Assembly (NCBI GenBank): GCA_038821645.1
Contig: JAWBDT010000024.1
Location: 1-14,419, forward strand
Direction: 5' to 3'
Length of the DNA: 14,419 nt
From: Ignisphaera sp.
GTDB lineage: Archaea > Thermoproteota > Thermoprotei_A > Sulfolobales > Ignisphaeraceae
Below, in pieces: positions 1 through 7,925 of the stretch (within the stretch, counting starts at the first letter, position 1; each line of letters begins with the position of its first letter). Below the pieces are notes generated by a model. That model did not search any database. It was given only the letters and a program-made list of their open reading frames with translations, and was not told where the DNA came from. A program made the position numbers and the translations under genes.

Positions 1-27
1 TAGAGCTTATGTTCAAGGTGTAGCTAT

Positions 28-1593
28 TTGGATGTAAGTATATGTGGAAAAGCACTTGTAGAACCTAGATTCTATGGCTCAGTAGAAGGCTACGTAATTG
101 TAGAACCATTCTCTAGAGATTCTCGAGAAACAGTTGTAAAGGTGTATATAAAGAATTATGGTTTTGGAAAGAGATACACTATAGATCTATTGGTATGTAA
201 TGATCTAGTTGAGAGAAGAAGTGCAAAACTTGAGGTAGGAGAGATTCTAGGGTTTGAGGTAGATGTTAGAGCTAGAGATAGATGTAGTGTGAAGCTTAAG
301 GTAGATGGATATACTATTGACTATATAGACCAGATGGTTGTGTACAGCGAGTACTCTAGACCTATATCTATTGTTATTGTTTTTCATCATCATCAACCTC
401 CAAACTATGGCCCAGATAAACGCTACTTATCTCTATGGCCCTTCATATATGTTTGGAGACCTATTCTCTCTCCCTATGGATTAGGTCCTTATCATTATCA
501 TGCCTCTATCTTGAGCAAGTATAGAGGATACACATATATAACGTATAATCTAAGTCCATCTCTATTAGCTCAATGGATAGATATAGTCGATAATGGTATC
601 ACAACAGTTTCAGGAGAATCAATAGAGAAATCATCAGGACTTGCACAAATAGTTAGAGAGGCTATGGATATGTATAGAAGTCTAGCAGAAAGCAACTCGA
701 TAGAGGTTTTAACAAGCATATATGCACATACTATAGCAGGCTATATCGTAGATCATCTAGAGCTTGATAGAGTTATCTCGAGAGAACTTGAATACGGATT
801 GAACATATCTAGAAAATTTCTAGGTAGAGATCCTAGAGGAATCTGGCTTCCCGAAATGTCTTTCTCTATGAAGCTCATACACATACTATCATCATTCAAT
901 CTCGAATACACATTTCTAGATGAGAGATATCACTTCCTATCATCACAAGGAGATAGAGAAAGTCCATATGAACCCTACATTGTGCAAGATGCTGTAACTG
1001 GAGAAAGTGTTGTTGTTTTCTTTAGAGATACAGAACTCAGCAACGATATAGGATTCAACAATAACTACTGTAGCGAGATTCATGCAATTAAGGGGGCATA
1101 TGCTTTTGTAACCAAACTATTGACAAAAGCGATCAATAATAGAGCTAGAGTTATAACACTAGCTCTAGATGGAGAAAACTGGATGATTGCTTCAAGAAAT
1201 CCACCAGCTACAGCAGTATTTCTAGATATTCTTCTAAACCTTTTTACCAAAATGAAGAAGATAGGTATAGCTAGAACTATACTTCCTAATGAAGTACTTA
1301 GAGATAATCCACCTAAAAAGAAACTTACATTTATACCATCAACAACATGGCTAGGCTCTTACACAAAATGGAGAGGTGAGGTCAAGGAGCACGAGGTATT
1401 CTGGAGAGAAGTAGAGTCTAGAGTAAAGAAGTTCAAAGAGTATATCAATAGGTATGGATATAATGAAAAAACTGAAAAAGCTGAATGGGCTCTATGGCAT
1501 ATACTTGATAGTGATTATTGGTGGGCAGAATTCTGGAGTAGAGAAGTAATATCTCTATGGATTAAAGAATTCGATAACCACATTAAGCACTAA
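28..1593 (+). CDS. Glycoside hydrolase family 57 protein (amylopullulanase/cyclomaltodextrinase-like) with a ~110-aa N-terminal beta-rich extension
   Basis: GH57 conserved regions: FHHHQP, GIWLPEM (nucleophile E276), ALDGENW (acid/base D381), ILDSDYWWAEFW. TTG start with AGGTG SD at 16-20. No signal peptide seen. Substrate specificity is inferred. Confidence 0.9.
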   Translation: MDVSICGKALVEPRFYGSVEGYVIVEPFSRDSRETVVKVYIKNYGFGKRYTIDLLVCNDLVERRSAKLEVGEILGFEVDVRARDRCSVKLKVDGYTIDYIDQMVVYSEYSRPISIVIVFHHHQPPNYGPDKRYLSLWPFIYVWRPILSPYGLGPYHYHASILSKYRGYTYITYNLSPSLLAQWIDIVDNGITTVSGESIEKSSGLAQIVREAMDMYRSLAESNSIEVLTSIYAHTIAGYIVDHLELDRVISRELEYGLNISRKFLGRDPRGIWLPEMSFSMKLIHILSSFNLEYTFLDERYHFLSSQGDRESPYEPYIVQDAVTGESVVVFFRDTELSNDIGFNNNYCSEIHAIKGAYAFVTKLLTKAINNRARVITLALDGENWMIASRNPPATAVFLDILLNLFTKMKKIGIARTILPNEVLRDNPPKKKLTFIPSTTWLGSYTKWRGEVKEHEVFWREVESRVKKFKEYINRYGYNEKTEKAEWALWHILDSDYWWAEFWSREVISLWIKEFDNHIKH

Positions 1594-1811
1594 ATCATTT
1601 TATTATTTAGCTGTGTTACCTAATCTATTCTTTAACAATGATGTATCTAGCCTAGGAAACATAGCTTAACTATTAATAAATATATAGAACTAGCTACAAC
1701 ATGAACTACTACAATTAGGTGGAAACTGTATGATATTATGAGTTATTTACTAAGAAGTTGAAGGTATAGGATCAAAATCTATATGCATCTCTATAGACTA
1801 GCTATTGCTCA

Positions 1812-2906
1812 TTATCTTGAATATTTATCATATATCTTGCTAAGTATACCACCTATTAATGCAGCAACAATATCGTCTGCTATTGGTGGTAGAAGCTTCA
1901 GTACCGGTGTTTCTCCTCTTTCTTTTAGTCTCTCAATCCAGTAGTACATGAGTAGACCTTTGAACCCGTTTATATATTCTGCTAGAGCTTTACCAACAAG
2001 TTCATCAACTATGATTCCTGGTGAATCTGATTTATACTCATGTATATTGACACCAGGTAAAATGTTTATGGAGAGTGCCGCTTCTAGCATTCTCATACCT
2101 TTTATGAATAGCAATATATTGGGATCTCTAAGAACTCTACCCATTTCCTCTCTCACTTCTTTCTCTATCTCGTTATCAGCTAGATGAGGTATTCTCGCTT
2201 TTGTGTAAACTTCTTTAGCTATGTCAATGACGTTATCTATTCGATCAAAACCTAGAGTCTTAGCAATATATTCTTCTCTAGATATGTTTCTTATGTGTCT
2301 AGCTAAAGCACATATAACAGCCATAGATGAAGCTATACCGACATCTGTAGATATTCCTGCAAATCTCTCATCACCAGCTGGTGCAGCAACTAGAGTTGCA
2401 TCAGATGCTGTACCTATAGATGGGCTAGAGATACACATAGGTCCTCCTAAACCCATAACCATACCCTTTACCTCTGATACTGTTCTAAATAGATCTAGAA
2501 GACCAATATTATTGAGCGGTGTATCTACAACTACAGCTACATTTATTGTACCAATTCCTCTAGAGTTTTTAGGACCTTCGGTACCTATACAAGATGGTGT
2601 ATCTATGCCTAGGGTTACAAATGCTTCAGCTTTTATGTTCCTGTATATAGAGAATCCATGGCTACATGAAGATACATCTACAGCTGTAAGGAATATAGAG
2701 GATTTTGAGTAGTCTATACCTATACTTGAGGCTATGTCTCGACAGTAGCTATCTAGATCAACATATTCAAAGTCTTTGGGCACTCTTCTGAAAACTATGT
2801 ACCTTATCTCTGAGTATATCTTTGGGCATCCAGCTGTAGATATAGCTACATATTCTCGCTCGAGATCTATTGTAAAAGTATCTTTATCTCTAGTCAGGAT
2901 TTTCAC
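1812..2906 (-). CDS. cbiS: Bifunctional adenosylcobinamide amidohydrolase (CbiZ) / alpha-ribazole-phosphate phosphatase (CobZ) fusion, CbiS-type
   Basis: The N-terminal ~205 aa carry CbiZ motifs FLTAVDV, GTINVAVV, TVSEVK, GTASDATLVA. The C-terminal ~150 aa match archaeal CobZ (PgpA-like): DPNI...LE, DELVGKALAEYING.KG, PPIADDIVAALIGGILSKIY. GTG start 6 nt after the cobT stop. Confidence 0.82.
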   Translation of the reverse strand: MKILTRDKDTFTIDLEREYVAISTAGCPKIYSEIRYIVFRRVPKDFEYVDLDSYCRDIASSIGIDYSKSSIFLTAVDVSSCSHGFSIYRNIKAEAFVTLGIDTPSCIGTEGPKNSRGIGTINVAVVVDTPLNNIGLLDLFRTVSEVKGMVMGLGGPMCISSPSIGTASDATLVAAPAGDERFAGISTDVGIASSMAVICALARHIRNISREEYIAKTLGFDRIDNVIDIAKEVYTKARIPHLADNEIEKEVREEMGRVLRDPNILLFIKGMRMLEAALSINILPGVNIHEYKSDSPGIIVDELVGKALAEYINGFKGLLMYYWIERLKERGETPVLKLLPPIADDIVAALIGGILSKIYDKYSR

Positions 2907-2912
2907 TATACC

Positions 2913-3992
2913 TCAACCACCTTGCTTTATCAATCTCTCGTACTCTATATATATAGCTTTCACTAAATCAGATACTTCTATGCCCTTGAGAATAGCTAGA
3001 AATGCTGTTCCTCCAGCACCTACACCTTCTTTAACGAATCCTTCTTCGTAAGCTCTAAGCCCATCAAAAGGTGCATCACTAAAATCTAGATAGCTATACA
3101 CAATAGACATCTGTGGTGCAACCGACTCTATGAAACTCGTTATCTCTCTACCTTTATCCATAACGATCCATCTAGTTGTTGCTAGAATCATTCTCTCTTG
3201 TCTAAACTCTGGAGATATTGCCTTCATGAGGGCTATTGCTGCCAGCATCTGGGTTCCACCAGCAAGAATTACAAAACTCTCTGCCTCAAGCGCACCTAGA
3301 GCTAGACCTGCTACAGATATGTGGAGAGGATCTCCAGCAACATCGTTTACAGTAAATGGATCTCTAGAGTTCTTGAGTCTTTCAATAGCTTTATTAGCGA
3401 CTAATCTCTTTAGGTCTACAGGATTGTTCTTCATCGAGCTACTGACCAGGTTATAGGCATTATAGCCAAGTCCCTGTAGAATGGCCATAGCTGTTGTAGT
3501 TCCACTAGGTATGCTTTCACCAACTAGTACAACATCTGTTGCAGAACCAAGCATATAGCCTATAGATCTAGCTTCTTCGAATAGTTTTTTCGATGTTCCT
3601 CGAGGTAACGCATCTTCTACATCTATTCTTCCACCTACACATCTGCTTGGAAGATCTATTACAGGTATTTTTGGGGTTATGTAGGATCCTGTGTTTACAA
3701 TTATGAAAGGTGTTCTAGATAGTTGGAGAGATACTCTCGTTATTATTGCTGGTGTTGGTATACCTGTAGGTGTTGTTGGTATTATGTCTAGTGTCACAGG
3801 TTTTCCGTAGTGAACATACTCTACATCAAGTGCTGGTGTAAATAGTGTTGCTATAGGCATAGCTCCAGCTATAGATATATTGGGTATAGTTGAAGTCATA
3901 GTTGATCCTATTGCATAGAGAGCTAGAGTTTTCCCATATCTAATCTTATCTAGAGGGATATCCCCATATATTACCTCAAACCCTTTAACCAT
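2913..3992 (-). CDS. cobT: Archaeal-type nicotinate-mononucleotide:base (DMB) phosphoribosyltransferase, MJ1598-like CobT
   Basis: Motifs GIPTPAIITR, VGESIPSGTTTA, LAGGTQM, YEEGFVKEGVGAGG. GAGGTGA SD 6 nt upstream of ATG. Cobamide-gene context. Confidence 0.9.
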   Translation of the reverse strand: MVKGFEVIYGDIPLDKIRYGKTLALYAIGSTMTSTIPNISIAGAMPIATLFTPALDVEYVHYGKPVTLDIIPTTPTGIPTPAIITRVSLQLSRTPFIIVNTGSYITPKIPVIDLPSRCVGGRIDVEDALPRGTSKKLFEEARSIGYMLGSATDVVLVGESIPSGTTTAMAILQGLGYNAYNLVSSSMKNNPVDLKRLVANKAIERLKNSRDPFTVNDVAGDPLHISVAGLALGALEAESFVILAGGTQMLAAIALMKAISPEFRQERMILATTRWIVMDKGREITSFIESVAPQMSIVYSYLDFSDAPFDGLRAYEEGFVKEGVGAGGTAFLAILKGIEVSDLVKAIYIEYERLIKQGG

Positions 3993-3998
3993 ACCGAA

Positions 3999-4005
3999 TC
4001 ACCTC
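3999..4005 (-). promoter_or_regulatory. Shine-Dalgarno site (GAGGTGA) of cobT
   Basis: tcacctc on the + strand, 6 nt from the ATG at 3992. Confidence 0.8.
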
Positions 4006-4026
4006 AAAACCTAGATCCAGGTCACC

Positions 4027-4809
4027 TTAATTTGATTTAGGTTTCGGAACAACGATTACGGTGTTATCCCCTATCTTTATAACCTCGATCTCTACACCAT
4101 ATACTTCTTCAACAACTTTATCCATAAACACTTCATGTGGTGATCCACAAGCCACAATTCTACCTCTATCTAAAAGGACAACAGTATCACAATATACTGA
4201 AGCTAGATGTAGATCATGGATAGCTACAACAGTTGCTATACCTTCTCTAACAGTATACCTCTTTACGTAATTGAGTATCTCGAATCTATATCTTATGTCT
4301 AGAAATGCTGAAGGTTCATCAAGTAACAGTATCTTGGGCTTCTTTGCTAATGCATGTGCTATTAACACTCTCTGTAGTTCTCCACTACTTATCTGGTCAA
4401 GTTTTCTCCCAAGGAGATGAACTATATCGAGCTCTCTAGCTATTTCCTCAATAATCTTTAGATCTTCAGATGATTCAAAGTATTGAAGAGTGTTGTGGTA
4501 GGGGTATCTAGCTGTTGAAAGAAAATCTAGTACAGTCATAGGTAGACTTCTAGATATATATGGTTCTGAATATGCGATAATCTTAGCTATATCCCTAGGG
4601 CTGTAAAGTCTAGAGTCTTTTCCATCGATATAAACCACACCTCTTGTTGGCATCAAGATAGATGCCAAGATCTTCAGAAACGTGGTTTTTCCAGCACCAT
4701 TAGGACCTATGATACATGTCATTTTTCCTGCTTCAATCTTTAGTGTAACGTCTTTTAGTATTGATGTAGAGTTGTAGTTGAATGAGACGTTCTCTACCTC
4801 TATCTTCAT
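4027..4809 (-). CDS. btuD: ABC transporter ATP-binding subunit, cobalamin/Fe-siderophore family (BtuD-like)
   Basis: Walker A GPNGAGKTT, signature ISSGELQR, Walker B LLLDEP, H-loop AIHD. ATGA overlap with the permease. Cobamide substrate inferred from context. Confidence 0.85.
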   Translation of the reverse strand: MKIEVENVSFNYNSTSILKDVTLKIEAGKMTCIIGPNGAGKTTFLKILASILMPTRGVVYIDGKDSRLYSPRDIAKIIAYSEPYISRSLPMTVLDFLSTARYPYHNTLQYFESSEDLKIIEEIARELDIVHLLGRKLDQISSGELQRVLIAHALAKKPKILLLDEPSAFLDIRYRFEILNYVKRYTVREGIATVVAIHDLHLASVYCDTVVLLDRGRIVACGSPHEVFMDKVVEEVYGVEIEVIKIGDNTVIVVPKPKSN

Positions 4810-5840
4810 CTCTTACCACTCTTAATGATTAGATATGCAAGAAAAGGTGCACCAATTATGCTTGTCACTACCCCTAACGGGAATTCTCCTTGTCTTGTTG
4901 TTACTGCAAGTATTCTAGCCAAAATATCTGCTGATGTTGCTAGTGAAGCGCCTATGAATATTGATAACGCTAGAGTTACTCTATGATCTGAAGAACCAGC
5001 TATCAGTCGAGCTATATGGGGTGCTGCAAGTCCTATAAACCCAACTATACCTACAACAGCAACTGTTGTACCTGTCAATAAGCTTGCTAGTAGAGCTGAT
5101 ATAATTGATAAAAGTTTTGGGTTATAGCCAAGTTGTTTAACAAAGCTATCTCCAAAAACATATACATTAAGTTTCTTCGGTAGTCCAAAGATGTATATAA
5201 AGAATGTGCAACACAGTAGAGTAGAGGTGAGTATTAAGACGTCTTGAGTAAGAGCTGTAGAGGTAGAGCCCATGAGTAGAAGATAATAAGGTGATTTTAG
5301 TTTGCTTTGAACTATATAGAGAAGAACATGAGATAAGCCTGAGAATATAGATGTAATAGCTATGCCCGAGAGTATGAGTGAGTATCCTGTTGAACCAGCT
5401 AAAACACTTAGAGCTGTAGTTAGAAGGTATCCAGCTATAGCCCCAATAAAAGCTATAACCATCATATAGTACCTATAGGCTATTACTGTAGGCCATATCA
5501 GGATAGCTATTGCTAGAGCTGTTAGAGCTGTTGAAGATAGCCCAAGGATATAGGGTTCAGCTAGAGGATTTCTAGCTATAGACTGTATCAATGTTCCTGA
5601 AAGAGCGAGAATAGCTCCAGTAAGTAGTGCTGTAGATGATCTTGCCAATCTGTAGCGAAGTATTGATTCAGAAATATCTCTACACTCTATCCCAAAAAGA
5701 CATAGAAATACATCTCTGATCGGCAACATAGAAGAACCTATAGATATTGAGACTATGTATATAAGACATAGAATTAGTATAGAGAATATGAGTGAAAAAA
5801 TAAATCTCTTAACATTCTGTTCATGTATCTCTAGAGCCAT
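4806..5840 (-). CDS. btuC: FecCD/BtuC-family ABC transporter permease
   Basis: Multiple hydrophobic helices; motifs RNPLAEPYILGLSS, GIVGFIGLAAPHIAR, PLGVVTSIIGAPF. Confidence 0.85.
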   Translation of the reverse strand: MALEIHEQNVKRFIFSLIFSILILCLIYIVSISIGSSMLPIRDVFLCLFGIECRDISESILRYRLARSSTALLTGAILALSGTLIQSIARNPLAEPYILGLSSTALTALAIAILIWPTVIAYRYYMMVIAFIGAIAGYLLTTALSVLAGSTGYSLILSGIAITSIFSGLSHVLLYIVQSKLKSPYYLLLMGSTSTALTQDVLILTSTLLCCTFFIYIFGLPKKLNVYVFGDSFVKQLGYNPKLLSIISALLASLLTGTTVAVVGIVGFIGLAAPHIARLIAGSSDHRVTLALSIFIGASLATSADILARILAVTTRQGEFPLGVVTSIIGAPFLAYLIIKSGKR

Positions 5841-5851
5841 AATCTATCCAC

Positions 5852-6967
5852 TTACTTATGCATCCTATAGACTATAGGTGTATCTGGTTCACCAAATATC
5901 TCTGGATAAAGTATCTTAGCGACAAGTACAACAGCTTTACCTACTCTAGGACCAGGTCTAACCAAGATATCGTTAGCCTCTTTATCCAATACATATGCCC
6001 TACCCTCTTTAAACGCTCTAGTATCGGTTAGAGGCGTTCCTCTAATCTCTTCTATTATTGCTGTATAGTTTGCACCCATAGCGCTTACTATAATCACATC
6101 AGGATTTTCTGCAATCACGAACTCATAATCAAGTTGAGGCCATCCAGTAAACCTCTGCGCTATATTGATTCCTCCTGCAGTTGATATAACCCATCCAATG
6201 AATGTATTTCCACCAGCGCTATAGAGTCCCCAGCTGGGTGGACCTGCGAGTTGAAGAACCTTTAGTTTCGTTACATTAGCTTCACCTAGTTTTTGAGTAA
6301 CGTACCTTATTTCGTTATCTATATCCTGTATGATTTTTCTAGCTATATCTTCTACCCCAAATATCTTCGCTATTGTTGCTATATCTTCATATATTTCATA
6401 GATATTGGTTGCTCCAGATCCTTTTATGTATATGATCTTTATTCCTGCTTCTTCAAGTCTTTCTCTAAGCTGTATATGTGGTCTTGTGCCAGAAGATCCT
6501 ATAACTAGATCAGGTTTGAGAGCAAGTATTTTCTCTACATCGGGTGTCCAGTAACCACCTATAACAGCTATCTTACCTTCTTCTACAAGTCTCAATACTT
6601 CTGGTGGATAGTTACAGTAGCTAGTCACACCAACAACTCTATCTCTAAGACCTAGAGCAAACAGTATCTCTGTTATAGATGGAGCTAATGAAACAACTCT
6701 CTCTGGAGTTTTCTCGAAAACAATACTTCTACCTAAAGCATCAACTATAGATATAGGAGTTTCTTGAACAACTGTTAGAGTTTCAATAACTGTTAGAGTT
6801 GTATATATAGGTGATGGTGTAATTGTTTTCTCAACCACATGTGTATACGTAACAGTAGCAGTAATTGTGGTGATGGTTGTAGGTGCTGTAGTCTGACCAA
6901 TGTAGTAGCCTCCTATCAGCATAACTATTGCTACAATGACTATGAGTCCTAGATACTTCATATCCAT
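5852..6967 (-). CDS. btuF: Membrane-anchored ABC substrate-binding protein (BtuF/cobamide-binding family) with Thr-rich stalk
   Basis: N-terminal hydrophobic helix, Thr-rich linker, then DALGR...PERVVSLAPSITEILFALG, EKILALKPDLVI, NPDVII, RPGPR, typical of helical-backbone binding proteins. Confidence 0.85.
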   Translation of the reverse strand: MDMKYLGLIVIVAIVMLIGGYYIGQTTAPTTITTITATVTYTHVVEKTITPSPIYTTLTVIETLTVVQETPISIVDALGRSIVFEKTPERVVSLAPSITEILFALGLRDRVVGVTSYCNYPPEVLRLVEEGKIAVIGGYWTPDVEKILALKPDLVIGSSGTRPHIQLRERLEEAGIKIIYIKGSGATNIYEIYEDIATIAKIFGVEDIARKIIQDIDNEIRYVTQKLGEANVTKLKVLQLAGPPSWGLYSAGGNTFIGWVISTAGGINIAQRFTGWPQLDYEFVIAENPDVIIVSAMGANYTAIIEEIRGTPLTDTRAFKEGRAYVLDKEANDILVRPGPRVGKAVVLVAKILYPEIFGEPDTPIVYRMHK

Positions 6968-6977
6968 GGCTTACCAC

Positions 6978-7002
6978 ACATATGGCTAGTCTAGCCATAT
7001 GT
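6978..7002. repeat. Perfect inverted repeat ACATATGGCTAG-T-CTAGCCATATGT (candidate operator or hairpin)
   Basis: 12-bp perfect arms with a 1-nt spacer, filling most of the 35-bp gap between the radical SAM stop and btuF. The repeat is directly seen; its function is inferred. Confidence 0.85.
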
Positions 7003-7821
7003 TCAGCCCGTATATAAGTTTTGCGTACTGTTTCTATCTAGAGGTCTAGGGTAGATGAGGTAGACTTCTCCCCTCAAGCCACTCGATATAGTTCTACCTC
7101 TTACATACACATTCTCTAGATATTTTGAGGCTTCTTGTTCTACTCTATCTAGTTCATCTATTGTAGGTTTTCTCCATAGAGCTCCTGGAACAGGTATGAA
7201 GGAGTCTATTATTAGCGGTATATCTCTATCTAATGACGCTATGAATTTAGCTAATCTACGTATCTCTTCAACATCATTGAAACCAGGTATCAGGATTGTC
7301 TCTATAGCTATGTTTATGTCTGCTTCATACATATTGATTATGTTGGTGAGAACTGGTTCTAGAGGAAAACCTGTGTATTCTTTATGTTTCTTTGGATCTA
7401 TATTCTTTACACTAGCTATAACTGTGACACGAGGATCTCTAAGTTCTTCAACTAGATCTCTACTCAGACTATAGGAGTTTGTAAGCATCTTGATCTCTAG
7501 TCCAAGATCCTTAAGCATTCTGGTAATCATAGCTATAGCTGGATCTATACTTGGTTCACCACCTCCTAGAACAACTCTCTTCATATTGTATACAGAGATT
7601 AGTTCTTTTGCTAGAGTCTCTAAACCTCTATAGGATAGAAATCCGCTAAATCTTAGACTCGAAATAGTTTCACTAGGTAGATGGCAATCCCATATAGATA
7701 GCCTTCTTATACACCCTAGACATCTAAAGTTGCAGTTGTAGAAGTGTATATAGGCTGAAGAATCATAGTCGAAGTAAACTATATGAAAAACATGTGTATA
7801 AATGTTATCGCTGTATTCTAT
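7003..7821 (-). CDS. Radical SAM protein (~272 aa), probable non-canonical ATA start; longer than the tracked 7003..7584 ORF
   Basis: The frame stays open upstream of the ATG at 7584 up to the TGA at 7830-7828 and encodes YIHFYNCNFRCLGCIRRLSIWDCHLP (CxxxCxxC at 7734-7711). GGGEP, MLTN and IETILIPG follow. The extension has no in-frame ATG/GTG/TTG. ATA at 7821 lies 6 nt after GGTGA. Confidence 0.85.
   Translation of the reverse strand: MEYSDNIYTHVFHIVYFDYDSSAYIHFYNCNFRCLGCIRRLSIWDCHLPSETISSLRFSGFLSYRGLETLAKELISVYNMKRVVLGGGEPSIDPAIAMITRMLKDLGLEIKMLTNSYSLSRDLVEELRDPRVTVIASVKNIDPKKHKEYTGFPLEPVLTNIINMYEADINIAIETILIPGFNDVEEIRRLAKFIASLDRDIPLIIDSFIPVPGALWRKPTIDELDRVEQEASKYLENVYVRGRTISSGLRGEVYLIYPRPLDRNSTQNLYTG
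7011..7025 (-). promoter_or_regulatory. Candidate internal BRE/TATA promoter for btuFCD-cobT-cbiS
   Basis: The minus strand reads CGCAAAAC-TTATATA, a purine-rich BRE followed by a TATA box, in the last codons of the radical SAM gene. Predicted TSS is about 6990. Confidence 0.6.
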
Positions 7822-7827
7822 AGATGG

Positions 7828-7865
7828 TCACCAAAGCTGTGGTGAGTTTAAACAAGATATATCTT
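7828..7865. promoter_or_regulatory. Three abutting palindromes upstream of the radical SAM gene, containing its SD and a possible TATA box
   Basis: TCACCA-AAGCTG-TGGTGA (7828-7845), GTTTAAAC (7846-7853), AAGATATATCTT (7854-7865). Confidence 0.55.
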
Positions 7866-7925
7866 CTTATGTATCTCTATTCAACTTATTAAACATGTGG
7901 GAATAGATGGTTCTGGCTATATTAT

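Noticed and set aside
1594-1811. 218-bp gap between convergent genes as an ncRNA, CRISPR or mobile-element site
   Set aside because: AT-rich with no repeats, tRNA-like or GC-rich structure; only weak T-rich terminator-like tracts.
1948-4270. Plus-strand ORFs 1948-2187, 2221-2712, 2776-3051, 3130-3456 and 4061-4270
   Set aside because: Antisense shadows of well-supported cbiS, cobT and btuD genes, with no recognisable motifs.
7003-7584. Tracked 193-aa ORF taken as the complete protein
   Set aside because: It lacks the CxxxCxxC motif, which lies in frame upstream; the gene must start earlier.
7822-7925. Cobalamin riboswitch upstream of the cobamide cluster (also looked at 6968-7002 and 9024-9148)
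   Set aside because: The gaps are short and AT-rich, with no recognisable B12-box or core elements. An Rfam covariance search would be decisive.
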